Shown here in pieces: positions 56,337 to 64,000 of a stretch of DNA of 64,000 nt. How positions within the stretch are numbered: position 1 is the first letter of the stretch; each line of letters starts with the position of its first letter. The stretch spans positions 15,190,001 through 15,254,000 of the forward strand of contig OZ059897.1 of assembly GCA_964057225.1 (NCBI GenBank). The letters run 5' to 3'. The translations under genes were made by a program, and so were the position numbers. This stretch comes from Auanema rhodensis. Taxonomy: Eukaryota > Animalia > Nematoda. Below the pieces are notes generated by a model. That model did not search any database. It saw only the letters and a list, made by a program, of their open reading frames with translations, and was not told the origin of the DNA.

Positions 56337-58551
56337 ATGTCAGGAGGTAGTTCGTCTGATGGTCTCCAAGATTTTAATTCAGACTCTGGACAGTCAATAA
56401 GTTATGTTGCTGTAGATACTAAAAGTTCATTACCTAGAGTTCATTCATTTAGAAGTTATTATACTCCATATGCGGTAAAATTGAAAATTAATTTAAATAT
56501 AATTTTTTTTTTAGAATTTACCTCCTAGTCAGTGTTTTCCTAGGAAACGATATATTATCATGCCTCCTAATAATTCCCAAAGAACCGCAGTACGCTGTCT
56601 AAGAACTTTACCTCCACGTGAAGTTAGTGATAAGAAAATTGTAAGTTGTCATTTATTCTAATCTAAATTTTGACGTATTGTTTTTTTCCTTTTCATTCCA
56701 ATTCCATATGCACTTTTGGTGTACGGTTGTGTTTCTTTAATTTGCCATTTAGTCAATTAATTTTTCTCTCTTCAGATTGGTGTGTCATCCAAGCATCAAG
56801 TATGGAATAGCTCAGATTCTCCTGCTTCGTCGTCATCTTCGTCTTCTAGTCGTCCACAATATATTTTAAAAATTAATCGTCCAAAAATTGAGGACATTAC
56901 TTTGTATAAAACATGATGAATTTAAGTTCATTAATCTATTGTTTTTAGAAACTCTAGGAAAGTTGATTTGAATGATTCTCTAAATCATGTAGATAATTCT
57001 ATACCTTTACATATACCTACAGTTCCACCTAGTATGTCAATAGGTGCAGAGTATACGGAAGAAGAAGTAGATGAACAGGAAGATTGTTCAGGTTCGTTTA
57101 TTTTTTTTTCTAATTTAATTTTGTAATCTAGATGTTGTTGATAATTCCTCATATTCATATTTTCCTTCAATAGTTCGTACAAAACCGGAGCAAATGCAAT
57201 ATAAGTAAGTGTCTATTAATGTTTATGCGTATATAAGTAATGTTTCAAGTTGCATGGAACTGGAATGCTTTTGGCGAGGATCTTCCCTAGCCGCCTTGAA
57301 ACGTCACACGAACACAGCTCATCCTTCCAAACAAGTTCAAATGATGTTGGCTAACAAGAAAATTGTTTCAACAGGGGATAAACCGCCATCTAAACCTAAA
57401 GGGGTATGTACTCGTGCACTTTGCAATTTTATTCTGTTTTTATAGGTAAGGTGTAGCGAATGCGATGCTTTGGCATATTCGAGACCTCTTCTCTTAAAGC
57501 ATATGACTAACACACATGGATTTGAAGCACCTTTAATAACTCGAACTTTTGAAAGTAGAGAAGAATTACAGGTAATATTGTACACATATTATGGTTTAGT
57601 TACTAGTGGTATTATAGCAATGGCTCGAAGAACTCAGAACAACACATTCTGTTGAATTTGTTGTGTCATCGGGATCCAAAAAATGGGGATACGGTCTACA
57701 GGTTAGTAATAAAGAAAAATAAATTAACAAATATAATTTTAAGGTGCATTACTTAACTTGTTCACGTAGTGGTGATCAGAAAGAAAGACCTAATAAAAAG
57801 TATGCACGACCACCACGACCATCTATTAAATGCGGTAAAAACTGCATGGCTTATCTAAAGGTTTTTCTAAGGTGAAATAGTTTTACATATACGGTGTTTT
57901 GCAGATTAAACAGAATCCTGTTACTTCTGTCCTTCAAATTGAAGGTTGTTTGTATCATAGTGGTCATCTAATTGATGGAAGCATGATAAAGCTGACTCCT
58001 GCTGAAGTATGATTGAAATATTCTGGAAAACAATTAGAAATATGAGTATTGCAGCAAAGAAAAATAGCTACTATAAAAGAACAATATGAGAGAAATCAAC
58101 TACACTGGGATGCAGAGAATATGTCGGGCGTTAGAGGTATGCTCATTTTTATTGTGCAAAATGCAGAATCATCAAAAAAAGTATTATGTTATATCTAATT
58201 ATTTATTATAGATATTCTTGGTAGTGCTGGACGATTCCGATTGATTGCTGATAATTCTTTGGCTTTATTACTGCACGATTGGATCAAGGATGTAATTTCT
58301 TCTTTTAATTACTCATTTAATCTAATATTTTTAGTTACGTATGAAAGCTGTCGTAAAGGTAGAACCTTCTCCATTTTTCGAAAGTATGTCGCCGCGTGGA
58401 ATGAAGTTTGAAGAAGATACTTTTGATATTTTCTCAAATGATATGGTAAATATTTGAAAAATTGAAAATTTCATAATCTATTCCAATTCAGATTCTGGAT
58501 AGTTTTGGCGATGTGTATAGCGAATCCCCACTGCTATCAGATACTCAATAG
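56337..58551 (+). CDS. C2H2 zinc-finger protein with a WRKY/FAR1-like (MULE N-terminal-like) domain
   Basis: CMELEC...HTNTAH, CSECD...HMTNTHG, and YLTCSRSG...[12 protein letters not shown]...CLYHSGH, with short GT-AG introns. Confidence 0.72.
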
Positions 58552-58800
58552 TATTGCTTGTAAGAAGTTGTATGTGATGTTCATTGTTCTATGCTATTGC
58601 CTTGAGATTTGAGTAGATTTTTAGATAATCCTTAGAGGATAATATATATCATTAGAGCACAGTAAATTTTTACTAGATTTTGTGTCAGAGTATATTGCAC
58701 TGTAATTGTTAATAGATATTTGCTATAATCATAACGTGGGCTAAAGTAGTTTATTACCCTCAAAGATTAATAAATTAAGTCAACAACCATTAAACCTAGT

Positions 58801-60439
58801 TTACTTGTTTTTACCAGTAGTGCTTTGCTTGGCAGGTTCCTTGAAATGAAGGAAAACAACAGAGAACAATACAAGTCCAACCATCATTGAGAAAGAAGAA
58901 GCATAGTAAGGATAGGCAGATGGAATGAAGCGCTCATATTGAGTATGAAGAAGTGGTCGAACAGAAACCTAGATACAAATATAAATACAAGTACTAATAA
59001 TAGAAATACCTGTTGAACATCATAAAGATGAGTATATCCTACTCTTCTATAGTCAACTAAGAACTTGAAAACTCCATAAACGTCAGGAAGTATAAATTTA
59101 ACATATAGTCGGCCATTCTGCGAAAGAGAACCCAAATTTAAATTTAAACATTAAAGCACTTACCTTGTTCTGAAGAACAGTACGGACAAAAGGATCGATT
59201 CGGACGAATTCCAACTGAACATCTTTTCCTTGGAATGGCTCCCATTTTCCATTCTTGAATTCCTCGATTTCAATACTATATTCTACCTCATCGGTTATAG
59301 TGTATTCAGTTGGAACAATGCTGCTTCCAGCCAAATGATGAGTGACCTTCTTAACTCTGATAACTCCAGCCTCCTTAAGCACCCACTTAGACAGTTCAGT
59401 AACAAGTTGAAGATTTCCAGAAGTAGTAGGCCTGAACGTTATTGAATAATTTTATAAATTCAAGAAAAATAAATTATGCATGAAAAAAACATACTTATCA
59501 GCCAAACCAGCCTTGTGAACTTTGGCAGTGATGAACTTGTTGGAGAACATATCTAAAGAACCAGAGAAAACAACTCGAGCGTTTTTACGAGTTTGCAAAG
59601 CTCCAATAAGAAGAGCTTGCTTTCCAGCAACAGTGGGAGTCTAGAATTACACTTTATACTTTGAAGATACGTGAATTATGAGCTAACCTTAGTGATTGGC
59701 TCGGAGGGCTTGTGAGAATAAGCAGTAGATGAAGCATGAAGAACTTCAAGGCGTAAACGATTGTTTTTTCCAGCAACCAAAGCAGCACCCTTAAAAATGA
59801 AAATCAAATGTGCTCAAATATTGTGCGATATACCTTAAAGAGGATAGGGCTCAAGTTCTTGGTTTCTCCAACTATAAGATTTGCTTTGATGAGTTGATCC
59901 TTTTCAGCAACAACAGTGGTATGATAACCATCATCCAAAAGAGCATCAAAGTTATGATGATCAATAAGAGCAGAATCAGTTTCATCGAATTCGAATCCAT
60001 GCTCAACAGCCAACTCTCTGATTCCTTCTCCAAGGTTAGATCCTCCAGCAACAAGAACGTTTCCTCCGTTATCGACAAAGCTAGATATTTCTTTGACATT
60101 TACATTGCCTCCAAACTCTGAAAAAAAAAGCAAAAGTTACAATATTAATTTTCAGAAAAAGTACCGTCAACTGATGGTGCGAAGAGAATCAAATGATCAT
60201 AGACAAGTTCTCCATACTTTTGTAGACTAAGAGAAGTATCATCAGCAGATTTAACAAATACTTGATGACCTCTCTCTATAAATAAGAATAAGTGGAATAT
60301 TCTAGTTCTTCTACATACCTTTTAAAGATTGGAGGAAAATAGAATGAGAATCTTTAACTCCAAGGTTCTCAACTAGAACCAAAACTTTTCCTGCAGATAC
60401 AACTGTAGTAGCTACAAGCAGCAACAAAGTCCAATTCAT
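58801..60439 (-). CDS. ostb-1: Oligosaccharyltransferase 48-kDa subunit (OST48/WBP1)
   Basis: Signal peptide, [45 protein letters not shown], a TM segment, and GKNK*. Confidence 0.95.
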
Positions 60440-60743
60440 TATTGAACCTAATTACTATGCAAAAGCTTACACAGCGATATGATATAATATGCCACGTCCA
60501 TTCAAACTGTTATATTTCTACCGTATTGCAATATTCCAGTCGAGACCTATACTCGCGCAAATATAGTGATAACTGTCTTAGTTTTTGATACCAAAAATGA
60601 AGAGGTATATGTTGAATCAAAAATGTAGTATTTTTCCAATATCTATTATATGAATTAATAATCGAGTAAATAAATTTTTTAATATGAAATACATAATACA
60701 TTATGATGACATTTACATTACAAGTATTTCAAAGAAGTAAGTT

Positions 60744-62047
60744 TCATTTACACAATAAAGCATCAACTTGGCTGACATTGGGTAGAGCCAACATAACTTT
60801 TCGTCTATAACCAGTTCGATCCTGAATATTTAAAATTGATATCAATACAGAGTAATTATGTACCTGAGTGTATATAGGGTTGTGTTCCAAATAAACTGTT
60901 TCTAATTCTGGCAAACTGCTTAAATGTTGCAACTCTTTCCAGTCTTCAATTTTGTTGTTGTTAGCCTAAATAATAAAATGGTAATTACAGTGCTCTTGTA
61001 ATTTTAGAAACCCATATATCCGTCAACTGCTTGAGCTCTTGGAATGCCGACAAAGACTTCAAATCATTAGATGCTATATCAACTATTTTTAGCTTTTTCT
61101 ATATTTTTAATATAAAGAAGGTTAAGAATTTAAAAAAAATACCAAGTTGGACAACGCGTTTATATCGGAAATACCCTGATCACTCAAGTATATCTCCTCC
61201 AATTCTTTCAAATTCTCAATATTTTCAACTTTTACAAGACGATTTCCCTTAAATAGTTAAAGTTTAGTAAGTTTACGTAACAGCCAAAACTGACAGGCAT
61301 GCTCAATAGGGTGACATTAACTAATTCATTTATTCCTTCAATTTGACGAATTTTATTTTTGCCCAGATACAACTCTTTCAGGTTTACCAAATGAGAAATA
61401 TTCTCAATTTTTTTGATTCTACAAATTCCAAACATTGAGACGAGGATGATAGAACAAAATACCTGTTATCTCCCAATTCCAATAATACTAGATTGACTAA
61501 ATTATCCAACCCTTTAATCTCAGAAATTTTGTTATGAACCAAATATAAGTGAGTAAGATGCTTTAAATTATCCAGACCTTCCAGCTCGCGAATTCTGCCG
61601 GTTAAAATATAATTAATATGAATAAAAATTAAAAACCTGTTATAACTCAAGTCAAGATGAACTAAGTTCACTAGTGCGTCCAAGCCTTCAATTTTAATCA
61701 ACTGATTCTCATACAAATCCAGCTCACGTAATTGGGCAGGGAAGCAATCACGATTTATAGAAGTTAGGAGATTGTTTCTCATCGCAATTTCCTAAAGCTT
61801 CAATTTGACAAAAAATGTAAACAGGATTTTCTACCTGTAGTTTTAAAAATCTCTTGAAATCAGGAACATGGTCAGCACGAACATGAGTTAGATCAATTAG
61901 CTAAAGTGTTCATTTAGAAAAAAATCACAAAGAGCTAGCTACTTCTTCATCATCTTTAAAATCGTTGATATCAAATTGATTCTTTTGAACAGGTTCTTGT
62001 TCTTCGATTTGAGCAATTTGCTGTTGTTCTTCTTCAGAATCAGACAT
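60744..62047 (-). CDS. sds-22: PP1 regulatory subunit SDS22/PPP1R7 (LRR protein)
   Basis: SDS22-type LRRs (LRELDLYENQL, LLELGDNR, LYLGKNKI) and the LRR cap LETVYLEHNP...YRRKVMLALP. Confidence 0.92.
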
Positions 62048-62159
62048 TTCTGAAATATTTTATTTTAAGAATAATATAGCAAAAATTATCAACACAAAAT
62101 ACAAAAGAACTGAATAAAATACATAATATATTCTTCAAAGTAAAATCCTATTGTGACGA

Positions 62160-62438
62160 TCATTTCTTCCCAAATGGGTCAGACCACACTCGTTGACTTT
62201 GAGCTAGATCCTCCTTATTAGCCTTTAGAAGAGCTCTTTCTTCTGCTTGAGCTTTTTTATAATAATCATTATGAATCTTTGGATATATGCAGACACCATA
62301 GGCAGCCAGACTCGTGATAATTATGGTGCACGCAACTCCAATAGTTCCCATAGACGGAGCAGAAAGTCGGCCAAAGGCAGGAAATTTATTTTTCACAGAC
62401 AACCAGAATGGAACAGGGGCTCCAGCAGGAACACGCAT
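62160..62438 (-). CDS. SMIM20: SMIM20/MITRAC7-like small mitochondrial membrane protein
   Basis: Single TM segment, IYP...YKKAQ, and C-terminal VWSDPFGKK. Confidence 0.8.
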   Translation of the reverse strand: MRVPAGAPVPFWLSVKNKFPAFGRLSAPSMGTIGVACTIIITSLAAYGVCIYPKIHNDYYKKAQAEERALLKANKEDLAQSQRVWSDPFGKK

Positions 62439-62684
62439 AGTTCTTTAAAAATCTCATATTCATTAGAACAAATCTATTAAACACTTATAAATTATTAAGA
62501 ATAGAAATAAGAATAACATAAACACAAGAAATTAACTTGAATGGAAATTTCAATACTCAATGCTCTAATGCGAAAAACAAAAAATGACCTACTGATAATA
62601 AAATAAAAAGCGAAAAGGCAGTATAGCGTAGACAGAAAACCATATATTATAAGAATAGTTTGATATTAATGACGCATTGTTTCT

Positions 62685-63631
62685 TCACCAATTCATTCCT
62701 AGGTAAGATTTCAGGAATTTTTCATGGATTTCGGAGAAAATCATGTCACAACTTCTTATTTCATATCGTAGCCACTGTAAAATCTGTTATATCAAAGGAG
62801 TTGATTAGTACCTACCTCAGCTTCACTAAGAATACTTTCTCTATCTTCACCCATTTTGCCGAAGTTTTTGCATATCTAAGACAATTAAAATAGAATAAAT
62901 GTTAAGGATTACTCTGTTACTTTAGTTATTATTTCAAATTTGCTTAAAATTATATTGCATAAATGTGCTTCCAAAACAACTCTGTGACCACAAGGTATCT
63001 TTTTTTCCTGAATTATAAAATATAATAAAATAAATTAATAACTGAATCAAGAATTAACTTACCACATGTGCTTCCCAAATATCTAAACCTTGACAAGCTT
63101 TGTCCAAAAGTTCTGTTAGTATATCAAACCTTAAATATATTTATTACAGCATTCCTTGATTTTTTTTGAGAGATACCTCATTTCATTTAAACCTTCTTCT
63201 TTGTTTGGTATATTCATTAAGAGTTCTTCTATCCGCTTTATCTGTTTCTCACATTCAATGAATCGACGTGATATATCCTAAAGTTCAAATTTAACCACTT
63301 TACAAAGGCGGAACTACGGGAATATATTTCTTTGCAACGATTTCAGGGATGTTTTTTTTATCAAAGTAAAATGATAAATTTTGTTTCTGTAAATCAGCAT
63401 AAAACGCTGCATCGTCTGCTTCATAAGCTAAATTAAAATAATAAACAAGGAACAACACAACGTCATACTATCAAGTCCCAACTGTTTTACTTTATCTTGT
63501 ATTGGAAAAGCTGGAGCCTCGGGGAACTTTTCTTCTAATAATTCGTGCATATAATTATCGGCTAACTGAGGAAAAATAGATTAAATACATATTTGATATT
63601 CATTAACTACATTCTTCTTGTTTGAGGACAT
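62685..63631 (-). CDS. Uncharacterised multi-exon protein
   Basis: MSSNKKN|LADNYMHELLEEKF...ICKNFGKM...FLKSYLGMNW*, assembled through GT-AG introns of about 45 nt. The middle exons are less certain. Confidence 0.6.
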
Positions 63632-64000
63632 CAACTGGTATCTATAAGATTTTTAAATAAAATGACCGGTCACGCATTACGTGGAAGAAATGGAATAAAA
63701 AATTTGCATATTTATGAATTGTTAACGAATTATTTAAGTTGACTGTAGTAGTTTAGAGATGTTCAGTTTACAACGCTTAAATAATTAGAACTTATTGACA
63801 CCAGCTCACAGCTAGTTCATTCATCCTCTTTGCATCAAGCATCTCAAAAATCCTTTTCGTCTTTTTCTTATGAAAATTTGAAATATAAAGCTAAATGTCG
63901 AGTTAGCTGCCAACGATGTCGACGACGCTCGTCGTCTTTCAGAAACGAGGCCTACGACACAACTCAAAAGACGATTTATTTGTTTTCTTTGAGCAGCATA

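Overview
Eukaryotic, AT-rich rhabditid nematode DNA: many introns of about 40-60 nt, TTTCAG-type acceptors, operon-like gene packing and C. elegans-like proteins. The species cannot be determined from the window; an Auanema/Oscheius-like animal is plausible. Positions 1-9746 are about 48.7 copies of an exact 200-bp satellite. Positions 9754-12020 are about 6.1 copies of a 371-bp unit, and each full unit carries an apparently intact minus-strand U3 snoRNA gene. The repeat block ends abruptly at a degenerate palindrome of about 29 bp (ATG...GCC..CAT, 12000-12028). It contains a telomere-matching AGGCTT on the bottom strand and is a candidate breakage/telomere-healing site for programmed DNA elimination; every 200-bp monomer carries a near-copy of it. 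The rest is gene-dense single-copy DNA. A minus-strand cluster runs mrpl-37 > GGTase-I beta (with a nested same-strand TAF1C/Rrn6-like gene) > WASH1 > PIG-P > NOA1 > snx-14, with AK3 upstream. A second cluster runs unknown > mdt-8 (intronic C/D snoRNA candidate) > age-1. Then come lec-1, a cyclophilin, tba-9, hpr-17/RAD17, a zinc-finger gene, and the cluster unknown > SMIM20 > sds-22 > ostb-1. CDS coordinates are start-to-stop spans including introns, assembled by eye. Reference sequences were recalled from memory and no searches were run.
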